From Yuukianura sp. NJ FZ-2021 (lineage: Eukaryota): a stretch of DNA of 64,000 nucleotides. The stretch spans positions 1,612,001 to 1,676,000 of the forward strand of contig CM102287.1 of the NCBI GenBank assembly GCA_046563655.1, in the 5' to 3' direction. Of this stretch, positions 49,361 through 61,653 are shown in pieces; the first letter of the stretch is position 1; every line of letters starts with the position of its first letter. The notes under the pieces are model-generated. The model made no database searches. It saw only the letters and a program-made list of their open reading frames with translations, and was not told the origin of the DNA. The position numbers and the translations under genes are program-made.

Positions 49361-52300
49361 ATCCAAGTGATTGGACATTCTTGGACGAATTGAAGTTGGC
49401 CGATCCGGAATTCTACAAACCAAATGACATTGACATTTTGATTGGAGGAGAATTCGTGGCTCGTCTCAAAACTGGTAAAAAGGTTCAAGGAGACCTTAAT
49501 CATCCAGTAGCAGAAGAAACAGAACTCGGTTGGGTAATTTCCGGTCCAGTCAAACCAGGCCGTGTGGTGAGTGTGAACCACGCTTTAGTGGAAACTAATC
49601 AGATTTTGCAGAAATTTTGGGAATTGGAGAATGTCCCACACCACCAGCCACTGACAACAGAAGAGAAAGCCGCCGAGGCACATTTTGTAGCCACTCACTC
49701 CAGAAATGACGACGGAAGGTATGTTGTCAAGTTACCATTTAAACAGAATTGCCAAAATTTAGGTTCATCCCGAGAAATAGCCCTGAGACGGCTGTATGGA
49801 ATTGAACGGAGACTAGAAAAACATCATGAACACAAGGTCGAGTACCGTAAGTTCATGACTAATTACATTGAACTTGGTCACATGGTCCAGGTTCCCAAGT
49901 TGGGGGCAGGTGAGGTGATGGGAGTAACCAATTATCTTCCACATCACTTTGTACTAAAGGATACCAGCTCCACTACCAAATTGAGAGTCGTGTTTGATGC
50001 ATCTGCAGGAACGAGCAATGGAATCTCGTTAAACAAATGTCTAATGGTTGGTCCAACCGAACAAAAGGACATATTCTCACATTTGCTCAGTTTCAGGTCA
50101 AAGGCCATTGCTCTAAAGGCGGACATAGTGAAAATGTACCGTCAGTTTCTTGTTCACCCATTGCACCAAGACAAACAACGGATTCTCTGGAGAGACAGTC
50201 CGAATGATGAGATTCAAGAATACAAATTGACTACAGTCACCTATGGCACAAGTTCAACGCCTTTCCATGCTGTCAGGTGCTTAAATCAACTTGCTGAGGA
50301 TGAGGGACTTAAATACCCACGAGCAGCAGAGGTAATCAAAAATGATTTTTATGTTGATGATTTACTAACAGCGGTGGATACTTCAACGGAGGCCAGTCAG
50401 TTGATTGCTGACTTGACCAGTATTCTGAGCCTTGGATGCTTGGAAATATCAAAATTCGATTCGAACTCAAGAGAGGCACTTAGAGATGTTCCTGAGGACA
50501 GGAGAGGCAAGAATGACAATTTCAGTGACCTTGACGTGGACAGGGTCTTAGGAGTCTGCTGGGATTCAAATGTCGATGAATTCCACTTTCGTGGATTCTC
50601 GTCTCAGCCAATTGGAATCCTAACCAAACGAATCATTTTGTCTAATATTTCTCGTGTTTTTGATCCTCTAGGATTTTTAAGTCCTCTAACTGTGATCATT
50701 AAGATTTATTTTCAGGAATTATGGGAGCATGATCCACAGGGGTCAGAAGCTCAAATGGGATGACGAGATCCCAACTCAATTACAACAGCCGTGGAGAGAG
50801 TACATTGACGGGTTAAGTAAAATTAAATTGATTAAAATCCCCAGATTCTTAGGATTAGGTGGGGCCAGCCAAGTGGAAGTTCATGGATTTTCGGATTCAT
50901 CTGAACATGCCTACTGTGCTGCAGTCTACATCAGATGTACTTTCCCAGACGGATCAATTTCTACGAACTTAGCAGCAGCGAAAACGAAAGTGGCTCCTGC
51001 TAAGCAAGTCAGTCTCCCAAGATTGGAACTCTGTGGAGCACTTCTGCTGTCAAGGTTGATTCCCAAGGTAATGGAATCACTTAATCTAAAATGTTCTATT
51101 TCAGCTTGGTCAGACAGTGAAACTGTTCTGAAATAGATTCGGAATTCATCTCGTCGCTTCGTCACATTCGTTGCGAACCGAGTTGCTGAAATACAGGAAG
51201 TACTACCAATGGAATCCTGGAACTTCGTACCAGGAATAGAAAACCCGGCTGATCTTGGCACTAGAGGAATCTGTGCAGAGGATTTGGCCAATTCATCATT
51301 TTGGTGGAAGGGACCATTGTGGTTAAGTGACCCAATGATACCTAATTTTGAGCCAGGGGGCAAGGTGAGTGAGCCTCCTGACTTAGAATTACGAAAGGTA
51401 AAGGTTAATTTGTCAATTGTGGAATTAAATTTCATGTTGAGGTTTTCAATCCTCATGAGGCTTAATCGTGCAGTGGCATATGCCACAAGATTTATATTCA
51501 ATTGTAGGAACAAGAAGTTGGGTCAAAGTCACACCGGAGACTTGACGGTAGCAGAAACTCACTCTGCATTCATGGTTTGTGTCAGATCCGCCCAATGGGA
51601 TGACTTTTGGGAAGAGATCACATTACTAGAGAAGGGGAAACCAATTGGTAAGAGTAGTTCCATAAGTTCACTAAATCTGTTTCTAGATCAAGAAGGTGTA
51701 CTGAGAGTCGGAGGCAGACTCCAGAATTCGGAAGCTCCAGATGAGCAGAAACACCAAATAATCATCAGTGGACATCATTACTTAACACAATTAATCATCA
51801 TGGACTACCACCGTAAGTTTCATCATGCCAATTACCAATTGCTCTGGTCCAATCTGTCGAGAAGATTTTGGATCATTCGTGCCCGAGTGGCCATTCGGAA
51901 CATGATTCGGAGCTGCCTTCGTTGCAAGAGAATGAAGGCTAAGATCACAGAACAACTCATGGGTAGCCTGCCCAAGGCCAGAGTCACTCCTTCGTCACCA
52001 TTTAATCACTGTGGAGTTGACTATGCTGGACCGACTAAGCTCCAAGAAAAATACGGACGTGGGAAACGACAATTCAACGCCTATTTTTGCATCTTCGTTT
52101 GTTTCACCACCAAAGCAGTTCACCTTGAGCCGGTGACTGATCTTACTACAGAGGCTTTTATAGCCACTTTGAAAAGATTCATTTCCAGGAGGGGCCTGAG
52201 TACTAATATTTATTCTGATTGTGGATCTAATTTTGTTGGTGCTGCTAATGAGTTAAAGGAGTGGCACTCAATTATCTCAAATTCTAAAGTATTTGATTTT

Positions 52301-52954
52301 TTGTCTTTTCAGGGTATTCAGTGGCATCTGAATCCACCCGATGCACCCCACATGGGAGGAATCTGGGAAGCAGGCGTGAAGTCTGCCAAATATCATATTA
52401 AGAGGGTCGTGGGAACAACTACATTGACCCTGGAGGAGTACTATACACTGCTGAGCTCCGTTGAAGCTGTTCTCAATTCTCGTCCCATTTGTGCTAAGAG
52501 CCAGGATCCAGGAGACTACGAGGCACTAACTCCAGGCCACTTTCTTATTGGAAAGCCTCTCATGTCAGTTCCGGAACTGGATCTACGAGAAATCAAGGAG
52601 AACCGACTTTCCCGTTGGCAGAGAGTCCAGCAGATGACTCAACATTTTTGGAAGCGCTGGAGCGCAGAATACATCAATTCACTCCAACAGAGGAACAAGT
52701 GGAAAACCAAAGATGACAATTTGAAAATCGGAGATCTCGTGCTGATAAAAGATGAAGATACTCCGCCTCTGAATTGGAAATTAGCAAGGATTTCAGCTGT
52801 ATTCCCCGGTGAAGATGGGCTTGTTCGTACTGTGGAAGTTACTTGGAAGTCAGCTGAGCTAAATCACAAGGGTGAAATCATAAAACAGAAAGAGCATGTC
52901 TTCAAACGTCCAATCGTAAGAATCTGCAAATTATTAGACAAGGAAGATTTGTAA
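49361..52954 (+). pseudogene. pol: BEL gag-pol part 2: RT, RNase H, integrase; frameshift near 50730 and premature TAG at 51134-51136
   Basis: LADPEF, KLRVVFDAS, ADIVKMYRQ, YVDD, FSDSSEHAY, LPRLEL, GVDYAGP, YSDCGSNF, WEAGVK, FWKRW (DUF5641-like). Confidence 0.95.
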
Positions 52955-53387
52955 GTTTAGGATTTTACTAAATTAGTACTTAGTTGTAAGCTTTAGGATT
53001 CAATTTAGGAATTAAGGTTTCAATTTTAATCAAATTTAACGTGAGTAGTTAGGTTGGTATTAGATTAAGGAAACTGAGAATTTTTAACAGTGGCCGTTCG
53101 AGTAATTTTAATTTAATTTTTATAATGCAAATCAGAAGTGATCGTGATTGTATGTGACCTGTGTTTCCTAGTGAATTGGATGCTGGCCAGGTCTAGCAAA
53201 GACTTGCCTGCCCGCTCCCAGGCGAGGGACTTAGTCCACCCCTCAGGTCACCGAGGTCAGTTGAAGGTTCACTTCCCTACGTCTGTCCTTGTATGTCTGA
53301 AGTAACAATCACTTTTGATTTCATTTTTGCACTTGTGCACTTTGTTTTGATTCTTGGATTTGAACTGAGATTCAAATCGGAGGCCAG

Positions 53388-53947
53388 TGTTGGGAATTAC
53401 TCAGCATATCCCAAATGGGAATAAGAATAATTTCAATATGAAAATGAAAGTGGGTTTAGATTAAAGTAGGATTAAGTTTAAAACTGAAAGTTAAGTTGGC
53501 CTCGCATGAGAGGAGAAGAGAAGAGACTGAAATTAAGGTGAATTTAAATGTAATCAAAGGGTTAATGTTGATCCACTTGAGTGGAGAATAGAATCAAAGG
53601 GAAAGGGTTAGCGTCTACTTTGTATGTGAAAATAGTACTACTGACTTGCGCACTAGAGCAGGGATAGTATGTGTATTTGTAAATTTCCATAAGGTAGAAT
53701 CTCTCCCTCCTTTTTACTACAGAAAAGATACACCACAAGAAGAGAGTCTTGTAGTAGCCTTTGCAGAGGCAGCAACTTACACATAGATTCTCAACTGTCA
53801 CTTGTCACTTTTCAGTTCTCATTTTAATCACTTTCAATTAGTAGTTTTTAAAGAGTAATGTTAGTTTTCAAGTTTTATTATTAAATAAATGAATCAATCA
53901 GAAAACGTTCAGTGTTCAGAATCTGGCATTCCATCCAACAATCTTCA
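53388..53947 (+). repeat. BEL 3' LTR (560 bp)
   Basis: Direct repeat of 39694-40250 with multiple substitutions and indels. Confidence 0.96.
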
Positions 53948-54845
53948 GAGCATTATTTTGATAATGAAAATGAAAACCATTTGATAATAGTAAACATCAA
54001 AGGTAAATAGGTAAAAAGAAAGTAAAAATGAGAGAGAAAAAAAAAGAGAAACATTAAATGAACTTCCTACTAGGTTGCTTGTTGTTTTCTTTCGTGAGGA
54101 CGTCATTTTCTTGTATCTTCAGAAACTGTTTGTGTATGGCCGCTTTGAACGCTCCTTTAGTTTTGAGTTCCGTCGTTGCTTTTGGCAAGTAACCCCATAG
54201 TAGTTTCGTCTTTGATTTAAAAGAATTAGGAGTGATTGTTGTGTTCCTGGAGTGAATCATTTTTCGTGTTCTTAAGCCGGCTTCTTCTTCGGTGTCGTGC
54301 AAGTATTTCTCAAAATATGGAATGCTACGGTTGTTGAGGATATCAAATGCATGAAGTAGTACCATCATGTTGTGTTGATGAGTAGGGAAGAGCCAACCAA
54401 GTTCCTTTGTGATCCGTAATTTCACTTTGTCGTATTTCTTGCTCTTGAGAATAAAGTGACCCGCCGTGCGTACTATTTTTCCGCTGATTTCAGTTGTACT
54501 TTAGTTGCGCTACCCCATATTTCAGCCATGTACCAAAGCTTAGACAAAACGTAAGATGTCATCAGAGTTTTTCGGTTGTCTTGTGTAAGAAGTCTTTGCA
54601 TAGGGTAGTGTGAGAATATGATTTTTAAACATTTCTTTGTTGTGTTCATGATATGTGAATCTCACTTCAAGCAACCGTCTATGTTAAGGCCGAGGCTGGT
54701 GAGTGTTTCTGTTGTTCCGACTGTTACATTCTGAAATTGAAACTGCACTCCTTGAATTATATTCCTTATCTTCGGTTTTGCCACGATGAGGATTCCAGTT
54801 TTCTCAGGGTGAATTGTGAATCCGTTTTTTTGTGAATCCGTTGTG
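53948..54845 (-). mobile_element. LINE copy 3, main portion
   Basis: Continues copy 3 after the BEL TSD; same 5' junction as copies 1 and 2. Confidence 0.9.
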
Positions 54846-55983
54846 AATTGTGATCCAACATAGCCCAGAATGACTTCTTTGTCACTTTTTTTTGCGAAAA
54901 AATTGAATTTTTTGCGAAAAAATTGAATTTTTGGCGAAAAAATTGAATTTTTTCACCAAAAATTGAGTTCTAGGCACTTTATGTGGTGATCCGACTTAAA
55001 TTTTCGGATTGCAATATTGTGATCCACCATAGCCCAGAATGACTCCTTTGTCACTTTTTTTGCGAAAAAATTGAATTTTTTCACCAAAAATTGAGCTCTA
55101 GGCACTTTATGTGGTGATCGGACTTAAATTTTCGGATTGTAATATTGTGATCCAACATAGCCCAGAATGACTTCTTTGTCACTTTTTGGTGAAAAAATTG
55201 AATTTTTTCACCAAAAATTGAGTTCTAGGCACTTTATGTGGTGATCGGACTCAAATTTTCGGATTGCAAAATTGTGATCCAACATAGCCCAGAATGACTC
55301 CTTTGTCACTTTTTTTTGCGAAAAAATTGAATTTTTTCACCAAAAATTTAGTTCTAGGCACTTTATGTGGTGATCGGACTCAAATTTTCGGATTGCAAAA
55401 TTGTGATCCAACATAGCCCAGAATGACTCCTTTGTCACTTTTTTTTGCGAAAAAATTGAGTTCTAGGCACTTTATATGGTGATCGGACTCAAATTTTCGG
55501 ATTGCAAAATTGTGATCCAACATAGCCCAGAATGACTCCTTTGTCACTTTTTTTTGCGAAAAAATTGAATTTTTTCACCAAAAATTGAGTTCTAGGCACT
55601 TTATGTGGTGATCGGACTTAAATTTTCGGATTGTAATATTGTGATCCAACATAGCCCAGAATGACTTATTTGTCCCTTTTTGGTGAAAAAATTGAATTTT
55701 TTCACCAAAAATTGAGTTCTAGGCACTTTATATGGTTATCGGACTTAAATTTTCGGATTGAAAAATTGTGATCCAACGTAGCCCAGAATGACTTTGTCAC
55801 TTTTTGGTGAAAAAATTGAATTTTTTCACCAAAAATTGAGTTCTAGGCACTTTATGTGGTGATCGGACCCAATTTTCGGATTGCAAAATTGTGATCCAAC
55901 ATAGCCCAGAATGACTCCTTTGTCACTATTTTTTGCGAAAAAATTGAATTTTTTCACCAAAAATTTAGTTCTAGGCACTTTAT
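54846..55983. repeat. Satellite segment (same family)
   Basis: About 9 monomers; shares variants (GATCCGACTT, GAGCTCTAGG) with 37568-38363. Confidence 0.97.
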
Positions 55984-56390
55984 TGTAGAGCCACGGTTTT
56001 CCCCCATTAGGTTAGGGTCAGTTACCCCTTGAGGTTAGGGTGTGGCCTTAGGTTAGTGTAGTTAGGTTATGGTTTAGTCTTAGCGTTTAGTTGAGATTGA
56101 ATTAGCGCTTAGCGCGAGTTTTGAGTAGAGTTAGCGTGGTAGAGGAGAGTCAGGAGAGTATTGAGACTAGTTGTGCTAGTCAGTCGGTTTTTGGTGTTCG
56201 TCTCAGCATGAGCTGAAGACTTTGTATCATTTGTACAAATAAATATATTTTATATTTATTTGTCTCTGTGTCTTCGTGTTGTTTCTTTGGTGTCCCTTAT
56301 GGTCCTCAGTTTTGTGGCATGAGTCCGGCAGTGCTCGGATCGTAGTCTGGAGGCCATCTTTGGCAGTTTTACGTAGCACGAGGTGCTACA
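55984..56390 (+). repeat. Gypsy 5' LTR (407 bp)
   Basis: TGTAG...CTACA terminal inverted repeat; repeated from 63696. Confidence 0.93.
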
Positions 56391-56392
56391 CA

Positions 56393-56402
56393 TGGCGACC
56401 GT
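56393..56402 (+). promoter_or_regulatory. Gypsy primer-binding site, probably tRNA-Arg
   Basis: TGGCGACCGT two bases after the LTR; resembles the recalled Arg PBS of 412/mdg1-type elements. Confidence 0.7.
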
Positions 56403-56630
56403 TTTGTGAGTGTTACTGCTGAGGTCAAAGATCACAATGGTGTAACAACACATGGTGAGTGTTTAAAAACTTTTATTCTGTCAAGTGGGATCAAGACATC
56501 ATGTAAATGTTCGTGAGTGGACGTTACCCTTGGTCAAAAGGGAAGTGGCCATAATTCAGAAGTGGATCATCTGTAAATTCTGTACATAGAAGGAGGAAGT
56601 TGCCGAAACAACTTCCACTGGATCCACTCC

Positions 56631-58164
56631 ATGTCAGACAAAAAACCAGTAAGTAAAGAATTGAAAAATCTTGAAATTGATCCTACAGTGACATTTAAGC
56701 TACCAGAGCTTAGTCCAACATCAGATTCGGAAGGACCATTCCTCCGAAGTCAAGAAAGTAAGATTCCGACTCCAAGTACATCCCCAAAAATCATTGTCAG
56801 TGCTCCAGGTTCATCAGTAACCATGGCAACGTACACCAAGGAGGAAGTAGAAGATTTAGTGGCCGAGGCCGTGGCCCATGCCGTGCGCGGCGTGGAGCAG
56901 AGATTAGTTCAGCGGGTGACCGGTGGAGTCGCTGCGGTGACTCCAGCCCCTGCGGAGGCAGATCCAGTTGGTCAGACCCAAGCATTGATAACAGCATTGA
57001 AAAGCATCAAGTTCACATCATTATCATCTAAATTGCCTGTGCCGAGTTTTGATCCAAAGAAGATGTCAGCGGCAGGCTACCTTAATGAAGTAGAGCGTTA
57101 CTTCACTGCTCAAGGACACGAGCAGAGGCAGTTTCTTTATCTTGTGAAGACGGTCTTGCCAGTAGAATCTCAACCATGGCTAGACCACATCCTAGTGACA
57201 GTGACGGACTGGGATTCATTCAAAGACGCATTTATCAGCAGATATGATAATTGGATGGACGTGGCAGACCGAACGAGGCTTCTGCACACAAGAAGACAAC
57301 AGTTCAACGAGTCTGTTGAATTTTATTTGTATGATGTGGTTCGGTGCTCCAGATTAATTTATCCACATGAGTCAGTGGCTGATGCAGTGTTACGTGCTAA
57401 ATTAGGTTTGAATCCGAGGATTCGCACAGCCCTAGGAACTCAACAGTTTGACACAGTGGAATCACTTTTTGATGCATGTAGAATTGCTCATGCTAATCTC
57501 ACAGCAGAAGACAGAATCACAAAAAAACAAATTCGGATTACCTCCAATTGTCAAGGTCGACTCAAAGTCAGAGTCAGTCAAGAAAGATGATAATTCCACT
57601 AATTCAAATGCTGGAAGTTCTGCTGGAACTTCCAATGGAAATAATTGGTTTCGTGGGAAGGAAGCTAAGAATAATGGCTTCCGTGGAAACTGGAAAGGCA
57701 AGGGAAATGGCTACAAGAATCATTCCAGTGATCAGTCCCCGACTAGTGGAAGTAATGGAAGTCCGAACAGTGGACATTCCTCATCTCAACCTAATGACCA
57801 GTCACAAGGTCAAAGTTCAAAATCCAATTATGACAAGAATTCAGTGCAGCCTCAAAATGAATCATCTGCACGTGGGAAGGGCGGTTACCGTGGTAATCGT
57901 GGTTCTTCTAATGACAACGACCGAGGTGGTGGTCAAGGCAGAGGTCAAGGTCAGACCTCTAGGCAAGATTTAAGTGATGTTCAGTGCTTCAAGTGTAATG
58001 GTTTTGGGCATCGTAAGTTTCAGTGTCCATCAGGTGTTGGTTTGGCCTTAGGGTCATTTCAAGAGGAGGTCCCTCAAGGACCTCCAGTTCCAAAAAAGAA
58101 GAAGGAGCCACCTGAAAAAAATGAAGCGTCGACTTCTAATGAGAAGTTAAACGCGCAGTGGTGA
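56631..58164 (+). CDS. gag: Gypsy Gag (capsid, Gly/Asn/Ser-rich linker, CCHC knuckle); broken by one extra A in the A run near 57521
   Basis: PSFDP...YLNEVERYF...WDSFKDAFISRY...RRQQFNESVEFY; CFKCNGFGHRKFQC; the two ORFs join if one A is removed. Confidence 0.9.
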
Positions 58165-61100
58165 ATGAGAAGTCGTCCATCATTCACCCTACCTTAGTTC
58201 AAGTTTCGGACGATTTAATTCCTTTTGTGACTGTGGCGAATGAAGATTCGAAATTTTTGGCTATTTTCGACACGGGATGTTCGCAGTCACTCATTGATGT
58301 ACAGTTATGTGAAAAGTTGCAGTCAGTTGTAGTTCCGTTAAAAAATAAGTCTACAACGATGATGAATAGTCAGAAGCTGCGTCTCATTGGCTTCTGTTTT
58401 GTGTATATAAAAATTGGTGGTCGAACTTTCAAGTCAAAGTTCTATGTGGCGGAGGGTTTGCCAGTTAAGTGTGTGTTAGGTTCTGATTTTTGTTTTCAGA
58501 ATGACATTGTAATTAGATTGAAAAGTAAGGAGTTTTGGTTTGGTGACAATGGAAGTCAGAAGTTCAAGTTGACTTCCACTACAGAAACAACCGGTACTGC
58601 GTTGTTTTCAGTGGCTTTACCAGAAAGTCATAATCAAGATAGTGAAGTGAAAGTGAGAGTTCAGCGTGTCCTAGAGAAATTTCCAACGGTCGTCCGGAGT
58701 GATGGAAAGTTGGGAAGGACGGACCTGACTCATCATGTCATAGAAGATGAAGGGTGTCCACCGGCAAGGAACCCTTACAGAAGGTCACCAGAAATGCAGA
58801 AGATCATCAATGATCAAATTCAAGAAATCTTGAAGGAAGGTCTAATCAGACCTTCAAGGTCACCGTATGCAGCTCCAGTTGTGGTAGTACCAAAGAAAGA
58901 CGGCAGTAAGAGACTCTGTGTGGACTATACGTTGCTCAACCAGCAAACGAAGACAAATGCTGCGCCTATGGAAAGTGCTCATTCCATTTTACACACAATT
59001 CCTGCTGGTTATTGGTACACAGTGATTGATCTTGCGAAAGGATATTGGCAAGTCAAGTTGCATCCGGACAGTGTTGAGAAGTCAGCATTCGTGACTCAAG
59101 ATGGTCATTACGAGTTCCTAGTGATGCCATTCGGATTAAAGAATAGTCCAAAGACGTGTCAGCAGTTGATGCGGAAAGTCATCCAAGGATTCTCCAAGTT
59201 TGCAAAGTGCTACATGGACGATATCATTTTGTTCAGTAAGACTCTGGATGAACATTTAGTGCATTTAGAAAAAGTGCTGAGTAGGTTGAAGATGGCGGGA
59301 CTCACCATTAGTCCTCAAAAGTTACAGTGTTGTAGGAGAGAGGTTGATGTGTTGGGCCATCGTTTGACAGAACATGGTCTACAAAAGTGTCCTAAGAAAG
59401 TGAGTGCCATAGTGGATTTCCCTACTCCAAAGAACGTCAAAGAAGTGCAAAGTTTCCATGGAATGACTCAGTGGTATGCTCCGTTTATTGAACATTTTGC
59501 TGCAAAGGCAGAGCCACTGTACCGACTTCTACGGAAGAACCAACCGTGGGTTTGGGGAGAAGAACAGGAGACGTCGTTCCAGTCATTAAAAGAGTCAATG
59601 TGCAACGATGTGATGTTACATGCAGTTGACTACGACCATCCGATTTTGTTAAAGTGTGATGCGTCGAATTATGGGTTAGGTGCGGCCTTAACTCAAGTGA
59701 TTAATGGTGTGGAGAGACCAGTGATGTTTATCAGTAAAACACTCCGAAAATCATAAAATTCGGTACCACATTTACGAAAAAGAGTTGTTCGCGATTATTT
59801 GGGCCTACCGGAAGCTCAGAGAATACATTGAAGGTCAGAAGTTCACAATCATAACTGACAACAAAGCCTTATCATTCCTCAACAAGATGAAGGAGCGGAA
59901 AGCAAAATTGGCTTTGTGGGATACGGAGATCAAGTCATGGGGTGTCGAGATCAAGCATCGCTCCGGGAAGGATAATGTGGAGGCGGACGCGCTTTCACGT
60001 GCTCCAGTTCCTGTCGATGAAGCGGATCTCGATTTTGAAGATGATTCCCCGGCGTACATGTACTCGCCAACTGCAGTGGCGTTACTGTCGTTTGATACTC
60101 CTACGATCCAGAGGATGAAAGACGAACAACGAAAGGATCCTGATTTAGTGAAAGTGATCAGTGACATTGAAAGTGGTAAAAGTGTTAAAAGTTACGTCCT
60201 AAAGAATGGCGTACTAGGCAGAGAAGTCAAAGGATTTGACTTCTATTCCGATAATGGTTTCTGCGGAGACATTATCGAGGGGCGATGTGCGGAAACGAGG
60301 CCTCAATCTTCCGACATCACTCTAGAGGACGTTGACGAAAAAGAGTTCAGCAGTTCCTCAGCTCGTAAAAGTGAGCTCATTCAGGTGCCAGTGGTACCAA
60401 GGGTCATGATACCCGAAATAATGAAGTTACTACATGATGTGCCAGAAGCAGCGCATCTTGGCATCAAAGCCACAAAAGTGAAAATCAAGAGAAGATTTTT
60501 CTGGAAAAATATGAATAAGGACATCAGTGATTATGTAAAATCGTGTCCAGTTTGCCAAGCAGTCAAGTCTTGCAACTACAAGCCCTTTGGATTATTACAA
60601 GCAGTGTCACCTCCAACTAAAGTGTTTGAGAAGATCTATATTGATTTTCTGGGACCACTGCCAAGATCTTCAAGTCAAAATGAGTATTTGTTCGTCGTGG
60701 AAGACGATTTATCCAAGTGGGTGGAGTTATTCCCGATGCGGAAAGCAAAATCGAAAAAAGTTGTGGAAGTGTTAGTGGATGAAATTTTTTGTCGTTATGG
60801 TACTCCGAAAACAGTTGTGTCGGACAATGGAAGCCAATTTCTCTCCAAAGTGATGATTAAAATGGCTAAGGACTGGAAGATCAACCATGTTCCTGTTAGT
60901 CCGTACCATGCGCAAGCTAACACAGTCGAAAGGGTCAATCGGAACCTTAAGCCTATGCTCCAGGCTTATGTCGACAAGAATCATAGATCATGGGACCAGC
61001 ATCTCCAGAAGTTCGCGTTGGCTCTTAGAACTTCTGTACATTCGACTACTAAAGTGACTCCTGCGTTACTAGATTTAGGTCGTGAGATTCCGCTGCCCCT

Positions 61101-61605
61101 TGATAGGAACTTACAAAGTGATGGTGACAGGGAAGTCCGGAAGTCAGGACTTCTACCTGCTCAATTGGACGAAATCATTCAGTTCGTGAGGAAGAACATG
61201 GAAGAAGCACATGAGCATAATATCAAGCATTATGACTCTAAACATCAAGAAGGAAACTTTCAAGTTGGTGATTTAGTGCTTATTAAAAATCATTCGTTGT
61301 CAGACAAGAAGAAAGGCATTGCAAAAAAATTAGACCCTCGTTACATTGGTCCATACCAAATTAGTGAAGTGTTAACCCCAGTGACCTTCAAACTTGTGAC
61401 ATTGCCTGAAAAAACTAATTTTGGAAAGCGTCATGTGTCGGAGTTGAAGCCTTATACTGTTCGCACGTCGCAGTTTGCGGTTCCGAAAATTCCCACTAAG
61501 TCAGAGGATTGGTCGGACTCGGAGGAGGAAGCGAACTCTGGAGGAAGAACTTTGAGGAAAAAAGTTCGGCTCAACTATCGCACACTCGCTGGATACAGAA
61601 ACTAA
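58143..61605 (+). CDS. pol: Gypsy Pol (PR, RT, RNase H, integrase with GPY motif); one frameshift near 59754
   Basis: IFDTGC, RLCVDY, IDLAKGYWQ, MPFGLKNSP, YMDD, CDASNYGLG, EKELFAI, TDNKAL, H..H..CPVC, IDF, SDNG, VERVN, YIGPY. Confidence 0.95.
58146..58188 (+). promoter_or_regulatory. Putative -1 ribosomal frameshift signal between gag and pol
   Basis: G_TTA_AAC in the gag frame, 7-nt spacer, stem GGTGAATGA/TCATTCACC; pol is in the -1 frame and opens only after TGA at 58140-58142. Confidence 0.75.
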
Positions 61606-61653
61606 CACGTGCTCTGTTCAGTTGTTCTTATTTAGTGATTTGGAAGTCATTTT

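Larger units (their letters stand above)
39694..53947 (+). mobile_element. Full-length BEL/Pao LTR retrotransposon, disrupted by two nested insertions
   Basis: TG...CA LTRs at both ends, 5-bp TSD GAGCA (39689-39693 / 53948-53952), PBS, and a single gag-PR-RT-RH-IN frame with BEL-type motifs. Confidence 0.97.
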
